Part shown: piece by piece, positions 38,659 through 48,478 of the stretch
How positions within the stretch are numbered: position 1 is the first letter of the stretch
Layout: every line of letters starts with the position of its first letter
Source of the DNA: Alphaproteobacteria bacterium
GTDB taxonomy: Bacteria; Pseudomonadota; Alphaproteobacteria; SHVV01
Length of the DNA stretch: 64,000 nt
NCBI GenBank assembly: GCA_965261735.1
Contig: OZ253470.1
Location: 1,024,001 to 1,088,000, forward strand
Direction: 5' to 3'
Notes under the pieces: generated by a model
Seen by the model: only the letters and a program-made list of their open reading frames with translations
Database searches by the model: none
Told to the model about the DNA's origin: nothing
Position numbers and translations under genes: made by a program

Positions 38659-39713
38659 CCGAGGCTCCTCGCGATGTAGGGGCCTATCATATTGGCCGCC
38701 GGGAGCGGGAGCCGCTTCCAAATCGCCACCAGGGGCTGGTACTTGGGATTGAGCGGGTTCACGTTCGGCATCTCCTGCCGGCCCAATAGCTTGAACTCGT
38801 AGTGGAGCGGTCGCGGCTCGAAGCCCCAGTTCTTCTTGAACGCGAACGATCCGGTACCGCGCTTACTGCGGCCAAAATCGAACATCCGGTATCCGCGCTC
38901 GCAGGCCCGGCGCATCACTTCCCAGTACATGAAGTCGTTCGCGGCCATGGCCCGCGCAGAGGCCGAGCCACCGCCATAGTAGGGCAGCACCTCGTCGCGG
39001 AAGTAGAAGTTCATCACGCTGCTGACCGTGTGCCCGTCGTGGGCTACGGTCAGCACGTCGCAGTCCTCGGCGAAGACCTCCCGCAACGCGCAAAAGTACT
39101 TTATCGCGTAGACCGGAGTGCCAAGATTGCGCACGCTCTCGGCGTACAGCCGGTGCAGGCGTTCGACGCCGTCGTCGAGGTCGCCGCGCAGGCCCAGTTT
39201 GATTCCCTTGCGCACCATGGCTCGCTGTTTGCGCGGAATGGCCGCGAGGTTGGCCTGTGGGTCGGCATCGGTGGGCTTGCGGAAGGTGACGTAGAATTCG
39301 TCATTGCAGGCCCAGTCGGGGTGTCGGGGCGCCTGTAAGTGGTACTCCAAGTGATCCACGCCGAGCGACCTCGCGAGTTCGACGGCGGCGGCGTCGAGCG
39401 CGCCACGGGCGCGTTCGTCGAGTGCCGCGGGGCCGCCATAGACGCAAAACGCCGTGGACACCAATGCGTTGCCGAACAACCGACTCTTAACGTGAACGAG
39501 CGGAAGGACGCCTCGGACGGCTCCCTCCGATTCGGCATAGAGGAAATGGCAGCCATGGCCGAAGCTGCGCTCGATCACGCGCTTCCAGCCGGCGCGATGA
39601 AAGAACGTCGCATCGGGGCATTGGTTGACGAATGCGTCCCAGCGGTCGCCCTGGCTGCCCTGGCCGCCATCGAGTTCGGCGATCGTTAGTTCGCCGTTCG
39701 CGAGGGCGCTCAC
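38655..39713 (-). CDS. FemAB-family XrtA/PEP-CTERM system-associated protein
   Basis: ATFFHRAGW, PRKQRAMVRK, FDFGRSK, FKKNWGF, NPLNPKY. Confidence 0.88.
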   Translation of the reverse strand: MSALANGELTIAELDGGQGSQGDRWDAFVNQCPDATFFHRAGWKRVIERSFGHGCHFLYAESEGAVRGVLPLVHVKSRLFGNALVSTAFCVYGGPAALDERARGALDAAAVELARSLGVDHLEYHLQAPRHPDWACNDEFYVTFRKPTDADPQANLAAIPRKQRAMVRKGIKLGLRGDLDDGVERLHRLYAESVRNLGTPVYAIKYFCALREVFAEDCDVLTVAHDGHTVSSVMNFYFRDEVLPYYGGGSASARAMAANDFMYWEVMRRACERGYRMFDFGRSKRGTGSFAFKKNWGFEPRPLHYEFKLLGRQEMPNVNPLNPKYQPLVAIWKRLPLPAANMIGPYIARSLG

Positions 39714-39885
39714 GCTGCGACCGCCGCGGCGGGAAGAAAGACGCGATCCACCCGGTCCCAAGCGAAATCGGTGAGGGCGGCGCGTAGCCGCCCTTCCATA
39801 CGGTCCAGGTTGGTGTAGTGCCGGAATCGGGTCCTCAGCGAGGTGCCGCGAAAGTGGGGCTGCCCCGGATCCACCTCCCAGGGGT
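39710..39885 (-). pseudogene. XrtA-system polysaccharide deacetylase, C-terminal remnant
   Basis: PWEVDPGQP...RFRHYTNL...DFAWDR. The 5' part is replaced by an IS1595 fragment. Confidence 0.8.
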
Positions 39886-40176
39886 CAGCCCGGTGTTCTG
39901 GCGGCACTTGCGGCAGCGCAGGACGCCAGGGCGGTTTTCAAAGTGGAACGGCTCTCCCGCCGTGCCGCAGTGCGGGCAGGCAAAGCCGTCTCCCCAGTGG
40001 GCTTTCTCCAGGTAGGCGGCGCAGGCCGCATCATCGGGGAAAAGTCGCTGGAACTCGGGTAGCGAATGCGGGAATGGGAGATCGGCGCGGTCGAGAACAT
40101 CCATGGCGCGCTCCCCTATATCCGGTTTGCGCCCATTCTAGCCCTAGTGGGTGTGGATGTAAACCGGATAGCCAAG
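39886..40176 (-). mobile_element. IS1595 partial copy (left end plus transposase 5' part)
   Basis: Near-identical to the 5' end of the element at 33045-34149; IR at about 40164-40176; no second end. Confidence 0.9.
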
Positions 40177-40362
40177 GATGGTGCATCTGCAGGCTGAGCC
40201 GGCCGCCCGGCTTGACCATCAGATGTTTGACTTGAAACCGTGCGCCGCTGTCGATGGTTTCGAAATATCCCCACGGCCGGTGGAAGCGAGCGTGGTTGGC
40301 GTGCTCGTGGCGGCCCTGCTGTTTGAGCTGTTCGACAATTTCCTTAACTTCGTCGGCGCGAT
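40177..40362 (-). pseudogene. manC: Mannose-1-phosphate guanylyltransferase/isomerase internal fragment
   Basis: VKEIVEQLK...HRPWGYFETID...FQVKHLMVKPGGRLSLQMHH. Confidence 0.82.
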
Positions 40363-41043
40363 CGCGCGCTGGCGCCGGCCCCACGCCGAAAACAAGCCAT
40401 GGAAGCCGCAGGTCAACGGAATCTCCAGAAGTCCGCCGGGTCCGTCGCACCAGTAGGGAAGGAAGCCCACGCTCCGGAAGTCGGGCCCGCCGTCGTCGGT
40501 GAAGCTCGTATACGGCACGACGCTGACATCGACGGTATAGCCGAGGTCTGCCAGGATCTCGGCGGTATGAGGGCCGACGCCGTAGCGGCCGGCCTTGTAG
40601 ACCGTCGGCCGCAGCCCGTAATTGTCGACGATGGCCGAGGTTAGGTGCGCGAGCTTTTCGCGCTCCAGCGCTGCCGGCAGATTGCCCGGGTAGGAGTTGT
40701 GGGGGGTGACATCCTCGGTGTCCGGCGGGTTCACCCAGGGGTGGAGATGGGCGCCGATTTCGCAAGCCCCGCCGGCGGCCAGCTCGCCGAGCGTTCGGAT
40801 GGCCAAATCGCTCGTCGCCACGGGGTAGTCGATGACATAGGTCGGCACGATGCCGTATTTGGCGAAAAGGTCGTGAGCGCGCGGCTGGGCCGCAATCGAG
40901 GTCACCGAGGTGTTGTCGCGCGACAACGGCCGGTTCCAATCGAACTCCTCCTCGGTATCGATGATGACGAGGAGCAGAGGCGCCGACTCGCGTGGCCGTT
41001 CGATGAGGTCGCGCGGATCCTCGCGCAACATGGTGGCGCTCAT
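40363..41043 (-). pseudogene. WalW-like polysaccharide deacetylase, 3'-truncated
   Basis: IDTEEEFDW, EIGAHLHPWVNPP, YKAGRYG, LEIPLT. Fused to the manC fragment. Confidence 0.8.
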
Positions 41044-42959
41044 CCGACCGACCGATGACCGATATCGGGCACCGCCTCGGCGCGGGCAAAGGCACCCGAT
41101 GCGTGGTTCTGAAGCCACATTTCGAGCATCATCAAGGCCCAAACGAGCTCGCCGTGATAGGACGGGTGGCCGCCCTTGTGGGCCGCGACCGCGGACTCGA
41201 GAAATTCCGGGAGGAACAGATCGCGGCGTCCCAACGCGCCGATGCAGTCGTAGGTCAGCTCCTGCAAGGGGCGGCTGCTCTTGAGCCAGAGGCCGAACGG
41301 CAGCCCAAATCCGTGCTTGCTCTTGGTCAGAGTTGACTTGGGCAGGAAGTCGCGCATCGCGTACTTGAAGAAGTGACGCAGCCTGAACCACCTGACCTGT
41401 AGCTTGGGCGGCACACGCGCCGCCAGCTCGACGACATCGTCGTCGAGCAGCGGGAAGCGTACGTCGATGCCGGCGGACCGCGCCGTGCCCCCGACCTTGC
41501 GCAGGTCGTCGTCGGCGATCGTCATTCTGAGATCGAGGTTCATCATGCGCTGGAGAGGCGAGCGCGACGGGTTGTCGCGGTAGTGCTCGCGCATGGTCGT
41601 AAGGGGATGACGGGCGTCGATGTCCGCGCCAACGCCGGGCGCGAAGCACTGCGCGGCGGTGATAGTGCCGAAGTAGTTGTAGTAATGCAGGCGGTCGGGC
41701 AGCGGCGTGTTGGCCTGCTTGATGTAGCTGCGCGCCTTGCGCACCGGGTATAGGGCCGCGCCGCCGGGCCAGCGCTCGATGACAGGTTCGATGAACGAGG
41801 CCCGGAGCGCGTGTGGCAGCACGTCATAGGCGTCGAAGAAGCGCTGGCGGACGTAGCGCTCGTTGCCGGCGAACAACTCATCGCCGCCGTCGCCGGCGAG
41901 CAGCATACGGGTGCCCCGCTCCTGAGCCATCTTCGCGCAGTAGTAGGCTGGTACGGCCGAGCTGTTGCCGTAAGGCTCGTCGTAGATGCGAGCCATGGTT
42001 GGCACGAAGCTGATCACGTCTTCCGGGGTGACGTAATATTCGTGCAGGTCGACCTTGAAATGCCGCGCCGCCGTGCGCGCGAACTCGAGCTCGTCATATC
42101 CGGCTGCGTCGAAGCCGATGCTGTAAGCGTGCACCTGGCCGGGGGCGCGCTTGGCCAGCAGCCCGGTGAGGGTCGAGCTGTCGACGCCGCCGCTGAGGAA
42201 GGTTCCCACCTGAGATGGATCGGCACCGTCGAGCGCCCGGTCCATGGCCCCGTCGAGCGCCTCGCGCACGTCGGCGGCCAGGGTGTCGATATCGCCGCCG
42301 CTGCCGCGTGGCGTCCTGTCGACGTAGGGCATGCGCCAGTAGAAGTCGAGCCTTGCCGCCCCGTTTTCATACCACAGGCACTGACCCGGAAGGAGCTTGC
42401 GGATCTCGCCATAGATGGTGGCCGGCGCCGGTATGTACTCGAAGAAGAGGTAATCGAAGATCGCCTGAGGGTCGATGCTAGTGTCGATGGACGGGTGCAC
42501 GGCGACGGCATCGACGGTGGTGCCGAGGACGACCCCGCGTGGCGGAGTAGCGTAGCATAGGCGGTGGACGGCAAGGCGGTCGACGGCGGCGAGCAGCCGC
42601 CCCCGGCCCGCGTCGATGACCGCGAGCGCCCAGCTGCCGCGGAGTGCGGTGAACAACCTTCGGCCATGCTGCTCATAGGCCAGGGCAAGCGACTTGGCAT
42701 GACCCTCGCGTGCCGCGAGGTCGACGAGGTCGGAGTCGAGCCAGCGTGGCTGCCCGACGATGGCGGCGAGTACCGCGCCGTCGGCATGGACATGGCACGC
42801 GGACGGCGGGCCCGCGGCATACAGGCCGCGCTCGGGCGCCGTGTCGGACCAGGCGGTGGTGCCCGCTTCGACCGCCAAGCCGGACGCCATGGCGGCCATC
42901 GCTTCCTCGGGGTCGCGCCCGCCCCACTCGGCCCCCAGCCAGCCGCACAGGCCGCTCAT
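41040..42959 (-). CDS. Asparagine synthase-related amidotransferase
   Basis: FLSGGVDSS, GDGGDELFAG, KHGFGLP. N-terminus MSGLCG lacks the canonical Cys2. Confidence 0.88.
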   Translation of the reverse strand: MSGLCGWLGAEWGGRDPEEAMAAMASGLAVEAGTTAWSDTAPERGLYAAGPPSACHVHADGAVLAAIVGQPRWLDSDLVDLAAREGHAKSLALAYEQHGRRLFTALRGSWALAVIDAGRGRLLAAVDRLAVHRLCYATPPRGVVLGTTVDAVAVHPSIDTSIDPQAIFDYLFFEYIPAPATIYGEIRKLLPGQCLWYENGAARLDFYWRMPYVDRTPRGSGGDIDTLAADVREALDGAMDRALDGADPSQVGTFLSGGVDSSTLTGLLAKRAPGQVHAYSIGFDAAGYDELEFARTAARHFKVDLHEYYVTPEDVISFVPTMARIYDEPYGNSSAVPAYYCAKMAQERGTRMLLAGDGGDELFAGNERYVRQRFFDAYDVLPHALRASFIEPVIERWPGGAALYPVRKARSYIKQANTPLPDRLHYYNYFGTITAAQCFAPGVGADIDARHPLTTMREHYRDNPSRSPLQRMMNLDLRMTIADDDLRKVGGTARSAGIDVRFPLLDDDVVELAARVPPKLQVRWFRLRHFFKYAMRDFLPKSTLTKSKHGFGLPFGLWLKSSRPLQELTYDCIGALGRRDLFLPEFLESAVAAHKGGHPSYHGELVWALMMLEMWLQNHASGAFARAEAVPDIGHRSVG

Positions 42960-42996
42960 GAGGGGTTGCAGCTTTCGGCGGGCGCGCGTGCGGGCC

Positions 42997-43867
42997 CTAC
43001 CACGAGACCATCCACTCGCGTGTCCATGCCGAGACCTGATCGCGCCAGGCGCGCCGTGAAAACGTATGGTCGGCGTCGGTGAGGCGATGGCGCGTCACCC
43101 GCTTGGCGGCGAGCAGGCGCCGCCAAGCCCGCGACGCCGCGGCCGTGTCCTCGAACTCGTGCGCCGTAAGGTCGCTGCCGCTCAGGACGATCAGGACCTG
43201 ACCACGAAAGCGCACGAGGCCGGCCGCCATGCGCTCGGGCAACGGTGCCGCCGGCGCTGCGGCCATCGCGGCCTCCGCCGGTACCCGTTCGTCCCGGTGC
43301 CCCGCGCCCAGGGCACGCCGGGCGTTGGCGAGCAAGGAGCGCAGCGCCGAGGCGGCCTCGAACTCGCCGCGCCACACCTTGCGCCAGAGGGCACGCTCGG
43401 TGAGGCGGCGTAGGTAGTAGTGACGGAGGTAAGTGCGGGCGATGCCGGCCTCGGTCCGGGCCCACGGATTGAGTGCCACGATGCCGGTCACGCGGGGGTC
43501 GGTGTGGGCGTAGAAAAGGATCGCCGAGGCGGCGTCGCACAGGCCCCACAGCGCGACCTCCTCGATCTCGGGCACGGTCTCGGTGAAGACATCGATGGCG
43601 GCGGCGACATCGGCGCCGATGTCCTCGAAGCCGCGGAAGGCGCCGTCGCTGTCGGCCATGCCGCGGTAGTCGAAGCGCATCACGGCTGATGCCGGCCTCG
43701 GCCAGGCCGCGGGCGAGCATGAGGAACTGGCGGTGGCTGCCCACGCGGTACTGGGGGCCGCCAACCACGATCACGAGGCCGCGCCGATTCGGCCGCGCCG
43801 GCTTGTGCACGATGCCGAGCAGGGCGTCGCCGGCGCACTCCACGCATACGGGGACCTCGTTCGTCAC
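42997..43867 (-). pseudogene. Hydrolase 1, exosortase A system-associated, frameshift near 43690
   Basis: VGGPQYRVGSHRQF in one frame; RFDYRG...WGLCDAAS...ADHTFS in the next. Confidence 0.85.
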
Positions 43868-44724
43868 GCCGCCTCGCGGTCGAACAAGCGCACCGTGGCG
43901 GCGATGAGCTCGGGCGCGACGATGGGTTCGGACAAAGTGAAGTCCTGCAAGGTCCAGAAGGGATCGCCGACCACCGATGCCGGAGCCGCGCGGCCGCCGC
44001 CCTCGCGCCACCGTTCGATCGCGCGGCGGTTGGCCGGCGCGAGCGGGCGGTCAGGTTCGGCGACGAGTTCCAGCCAGTCTAGCCCGGGGGCGGAGAACGG
44101 CGCGATTCGATCGATTCGCGCGGCGTCGATGGCGACTGCAAGCGCGGGGTCGACCTCGTAGCCCGCAACTTCTATGGCGCTGCCCGCCGCCAGCACCTCA
44201 CGCAGGCCCTTGGTCGTTTCGCCCTCGCCGTCACCGCCCATGCCGGCGGCGACACGCATGCGCAAGAACTGGGTGAACATGGTCTCGCCGCTTACGACCG
44301 GTTGCCACAGGACGATGCGATCAAAGCGCTCGATGCGCTCGGCCGCAACCTCCAGAGCGAGCAGGCTACCGAGCCGCAAGCCCCACAGGCCAACCCGGCG
44401 ACGGCCTTGCGCGGCCAGCCAGTCTGCCGCCGCTATCACGTCTTCGCGCCAGATCTCCCAGCGGGCGTCGCGGAAGTCGCCGCCACTATCGCCGGTGCCA
44501 AAGAGGTCGAGCAGCAGGACGCCGACGCCAGCAGCGGCCAGGGCCCGCGCCTGCAGCGCCGCCATGCGACGCGACCGGTTGAGCTCCTCGGCAAATGGCG
44601 CGACGAAGATGAGATCGCCGGCGTCGGCGACCCCCGAGTGCGGCCCATGATAAATGCTGAACAGCGGTCCCGCCGGACCGTCGATGAAAAAGGGCGTGAA
44701 GCAGGTGTGCGCCAATGCGCTCAC
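43864..44724 (-). CDS. Hydrolase 2, exosortase A system-associated
   Basis: PFAEELNRSRR, GTGDSGG, WGLRLG, WQPV, QFLR. Confidence 0.88.
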   Translation of the reverse strand: MSALAHTCFTPFFIDGPAGPLFSIYHGPHSGVADAGDLIFVAPFAEELNRSRRMAALQARALAAAGVGVLLLDLFGTGDSGGDFRDARWEIWREDVIAAADWLAAQGRRRVGLWGLRLGSLLALEVAAERIERFDRIVLWQPVVSGETMFTQFLRMRVAAGMGGDGEGETTKGLREVLAAGSAIEVAGYEVDPALAVAIDAARIDRIAPFSAPGLDWLELVAEPDRPLAPANRRAIERWREGGGRAAPASVVGDPFWTLQDFTLSEPIVAPELIAATVRLFDREAA

Positions 44725-44972
44725 GAGGCCAGCTTTTGCTCGACGAAACTCGACAGGCTGCCGACGGTCTCGAACGCCTCGGCCGTGATCTCGTCGTCGT
44801 CGACGATGAAGTCGAATTGCTCCTCGATCGCGGTGATCACGGTCACGACGGCCATGGAATCGAACTCGGGCAGGCTGCCGAAGAGTGGTGTCGAGGCATC
44901 GAATTCCTGTGCCCGGTCGCCCAGCATCAGCGCGTCGCGAAGAACGATCTTGATGTCGTCTATGACCGTCAT
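44721..44972 (-). CDS. Acyl carrier protein
   Basis: LPEFDSMAVV phosphopantetheine site, acidic, 83 aa. Confidence 0.9.
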   Translation of the reverse strand: MTVIDDIKIVLRDALMLGDRAQEFDASTPLFGSLPEFDSMAVVTVITAIEEQFDFIVDDDEITAEAFETVGSLSSFVEQKLAS

Positions 44973-45067
44973 GCGCCTACTTTCGTTCCCTCGCCGTTAG
45001 AAGAGCAGTCGCGCGCACCCAGCCAACCGGGGCACCGCAGGGGTCGTGCCACGGCCGCCGCGAGTTA

Positions 45068-45084
45068 TAGCAAGAAGCCCGCCG
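45068..45084 (-). promoter_or_regulatory. Putative sigma54 promoter for the acp-hydrolase-asnB operon
   Basis: Minus strand CGGCGGGCTTCTTGCTA (GG-N10-GC) about 100 bp upstream of acp. Confidence 0.55.
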
Positions 45085-45308
45085 GCATTGCACGATTGGC
45101 GAGACTGGTCACGCGAGCGCCGCCCGGCCCCCGTCGCGTCGCTCGGCGCCTCCTTTACCCGCCGCGGCGGGCGCGGGAAAGTCAATCCGTCACAATGGCG
45201 CCGCCGACAGGTTCCGCGCACGGCGCCGTTGTCGCGGCTCACGGTCCACGGGTATCCTTGCTTTGCCGCCCCCCGGCGCTCTGCCGCCAAAAAAACATCG
45301 CCGACCCG

Positions 45309-47276
45309 ATGAACAGAGCCGAAAGGCGCCGCCGCGCGAAGCAGGTCAAGCACACCGGCCACGCTCCGGGGCTCGAGGGGGCGCTGCGAGAGGCGATCGG
45401 TCGGCACCAGGCCGGCGACATACGCGGGGCAGAGCAGCTCTATCGCCGTATTCTCGGCCGTGAGCCCGACAATGCCGATGCCCACCATCTGCTGGGTATG
45501 ACGGACCTCCAGCTCGGCGACATCGATCGCGCGGAACGCCGGATCCGCCATGCCATCGAGCTCGCGCCGGAGCACGCCAATTATTGGAGCAACCTGGGCA
45601 TCGTGCTGAAGCGCCAGGGCGCGGCGGCCGACGCGCTCGCGGCAACGCGAAAAGCCATCACCCTGGAGCCAGAGCGGAACAGTTTCTGGATCAATTTCGC
45701 CGAGGGCCTGCGCCAATTGTCGTTCTCGGGCTTCGATCGTGACGCCGCGACAGATGTCGTGAGGTGCCTCTCCCGAGACGGGATCGACCATCAGAGCCTG
45801 GCCCCGGCCGGCCTCGACCTGGTGCGCGCGTCGCCGTCGTTTCGCGCCCTCGAGGAATGGGCGCGCGCGAACGGCGCGCTCGAGGTTGCGATCCGTGCGC
45901 GCGAGGCGCTCCCCAATCTTGGCGATCCGCTTCTAATCGCCTTGATGAATCGCGTGATCCTGCAGGATCCGGTCGTCGAGACGGCGCTCACCGCGGTGCG
46001 GCGCGTCCTTCTCGACCTCGCCTGCGAGCATGCACTGGCTGGGGTCTTCCCCGAGTCGCGCCGGGCCTTCGTCTACGCGCTCTCGCGGCAGTGCTACGTC
46101 AACGAGTACGTGTTTGCCTGTTCGCACGCCGAGGGCGAGCGGGTCGACCAGCTTGTCGCCGCCTCCTCCGCACCCGCCGTGCTCGACGACGAGGACCGGT
46201 TGGGGCTCGCCGTGATCGCCAGCTACCGGCCTTTGTCGGAACTCGACAACGCGGGTGCCTTGGACGCCATGGGGCACGCCGACCGCGACGCCGCGTTTCG
46301 CGCGCTTATCGAGGTGCAGATCGGCGAAGCGCTCGTCGAACGGGGCCTCGCCACGGGCATCGATTCGCTCGCCCCGATCCGCGACGACACCTCGCGTCGG
46401 GTTCGCGCTCAATACGAGGAGAGTCCCTATCCGCGCTGGACGAGCGTGCACGAGAACCAGCCGAGGCCGGTCGCGGCGGTGATGAAGCAGATCTTCCCGC
46501 ATCTCGCCGCCGGCACCATGGCGTCTCCGCAGCAGCCGGATATTCTCGTGGCCGGCTGCGGAACGGGCAAACACGCGATCAGCAGCGCCCGGCGGTTCGC
46601 CAGCGCCCGCGTTCTCGCCGTCGATCTCAGCCGCGCGAGCCTGGCCTACGCGCGCCGCAAGGCGGACGAGCTCGGCGCCGACAGCGTCGAGCTCCTACAC
46701 GCCGACATCCTCGACCTCGACCAGCTCGGCCGCGACTTCGACATCGTCGAATGCGCCGGCGTCCTGCACCATATGGCCGACCCACTCGAAGGCTGGCGCG
46801 TGCTGGTTGGCTGCCTCAGGGCAGAGGGGCTAATGAAGATCGGCCTCTACAGCGAGACGGCGCGCCAAACGCCCGTGGCTGCCCAGCAATGGGTGGCCGC
46901 GGCCGGCTATCCGGCGACGCCCGACGGCATCAGGCGCGCCCGGGCGGAAATCTTGGCGTTGCCCGAGGATCATCCCGTGCGTGCCGTCGCGCGCAGGCCG
47001 GACTTTTACTCCACCTCGGCCTGCCACGACCTGATCTTCCATGTCCACGAGCGGCGCTTTACGCTGCCCGAGATCGCCACTGCGCTCGAGCAGCTGGGCC
47101 TCGAGTTCATCGGCTTCGAGCTGTCGGATACGCAGGTTTACACGCGCTACCGCGATCGCTTCCCGGACGATCCGCGAGCCACCTCGCTCGCACATTGGCA
47201 CGAGTATGAGGAGAGCTACCCCGAGACCTTCGCCGGCATGTACACGTTCTGGGCGCGGCGCGCGAAAGCGAGTTAG
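45309..47276 (+). CDS. TPR-repeat SAM-dependent methyltransferase
   Basis: N-terminal TPRs, QYEESPYPRW, ILVAGCGTG, GVLHHM, DLIFHVHE. Confidence 0.85.
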   Translation: MNRAERRRRAKQVKHTGHAPGLEGALREAIGRHQAGDIRGAEQLYRRILGREPDNADAHHLLGMTDLQLGDIDRAERRIRHAIELAPEHANYWSNLGIVLKRQGAAADALAATRKAITLEPERNSFWINFAEGLRQLSFSGFDRDAATDVVRCLSRDGIDHQSLAPAGLDLVRASPSFRALEEWARANGALEVAIRAREALPNLGDPLLIALMNRVILQDPVVETALTAVRRVLLDLACEHALAGVFPESRRAFVYALSRQCYVNEYVFACSHAEGERVDQLVAASSAPAVLDDEDRLGLAVIASYRPLSELDNAGALDAMGHADRDAAFRALIEVQIGEALVERGLATGIDSLAPIRDDTSRRVRAQYEESPYPRWTSVHENQPRPVAAVMKQIFPHLAAGTMASPQQPDILVAGCGTGKHAISSARRFASARVLAVDLSRASLAYARRKADELGADSVELLHADILDLDQLGRDFDIVECAGVLHHMADPLEGWRVLVGCLRAEGLMKIGLYSETARQTPVAAQQWVAAAGYPATPDGIRRARAEILALPEDHPVRAVARRPDFYSTSACHDLIFHVHERRFTLPEIATALEQLGLEFIGFELSDTQVYTRYRDRFPDDPRATSLAHWHEYEESYPETFAGMYTFWARRAKAS

Positions 47277-48478
47277 ACCAGCACCTCGGGCGGCGCGGGG
47301 TGACCGAGGAAGGCGTTGGGGCTCGCGGTCAAGCCGTAGGCACCCGACTGAAAGACGACGATCAGGTCGCCGAGAATATCGAAGGAGGTGCACAGGCAGC
47401 CGACGACGCTCACCGTCTCGCGCGAATCCATGTCCATCTTGGTGCCGACCGCGATCGGGAAGTTGCGCCGGATCACGGTGCCAAGGTTGCCGGACGCGGT
47501 CAGGTGGTGGTGCAGGCCGCCGTCGGTGATGAGGAAGACGTGGTCGCGAGAGACTTTGCGGTCGACCACGCGAGCGACATAGATGCCGGCTTCGCCGACG
47601 ATGTAGCGGCCGAGCTCGAGCACGATGCGAGCGTCGCCCAGGGCCTCTTCCAGGCGAGGCATGAGGCGCTCCAGGTTGGCGCCGACCACCGCAAGGTCGA
47701 GTGGGCGATCGCCCGGGAAGTAGGGAATGCCGAGCCCGCCGCCGATATTCAACGTCGTCACCGGACTCGGGGCGTGGGCGGCTAGCTCGATCGCCAGATC
47801 GACGGTTTTCTCCTGTGCCTCTTCGAGGAACTCGTGGCGCAGATTTTGCGAGCCGCTGAAGATGTGGAAGCCCTCGAAGCCGAGGTCGAGCTCGGCGAGG
47901 CGCGAAAGCATCTGCGGAACGCGCTCGGCGTCGACACCGAAGGCCTTTGCCCCACCGCTCATGCGCAGCCCCGAGGCCTTGAGGTCGAAGTCCGGGTTGA
48001 TGCGGACCGCGACGCGCGGGCGTATTCCCAGGTGCGCGCCGATACCGGCGATAGTCTCCATCTCGGCCTCGGATTCCATGTTGATGAGAACCCCCGCGCC
48101 GACCGCTTGGGCGAGCTCCGCCGGCGTCTTTCCGGGCCCAGCGAAGCTCACGTCCGCGGGCGCTACCGGCGAATCGAGGGCCACCTTCATCTCACCGGCG
48201 GAGGCGACGTCGAAGCCATCGACCAAGCCCGCCAAATGCTGGACAACCGCCGGCATGGGGTTGGCCTTGACCGCGTAGCTCAGGTGAATGCGCCGCGGGA
48301 GATTCTCGCGCAGCGCGGCAATCCGTTCGCTCAGGAGGCGGCGGTCGTAGGCGAAGAAGGGCGTGGTCCCGACGCGATCGGCGAGCCGCGTGAGCGGCTG
48401 GCCGCCGACCTGGAGACAATGATCGACAACCGGAAAGCCGGTAATCGGCGCATGCCGGGGCGTGGGCTTACCGGTCAC
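47273..48478 (-). CDS. Pyridoxal-dependent decarboxylase, exosortase A system-associated (probable short in-frame deletion near 47370)
   Basis: YAVKANP (PLP Lys), GPGK, HIFSGSQ, ELGRY, GCLCT, GAYG. Confidence 0.88.
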   Translation of the reverse strand: MTGKPTPRHAPITGFPVVDHCLQVGGQPLTRLADRVGTTPFFAYDRRLLSERIAALRENLPRRIHLSYAVKANPMPAVVQHLAGLVDGFDVASAGEMKVALDSPVAPADVSFAGPGKTPAELAQAVGAGVLINMESEAEMETIAGIGAHLGIRPRVAVRINPDFDLKASGLRMSGGAKAFGVDAERVPQMLSRLAELDLGFEGFHIFSGSQNLRHEFLEEAQEKTVDLAIELAAHAPSPVTTLNIGGGLGIPYFPGDRPLDLAVVGANLERLMPRLEEALGDARIVLELGRYIVGEAGIYVARVVDRKVSRDHVFLITDGGLHHHLTASGNLGTVIRRNFPIAVGTKMDMDSRETVSVVGCLCTSFDILGDLIVVFQSGAYGLTASPNAFLGHPAPPEVLV

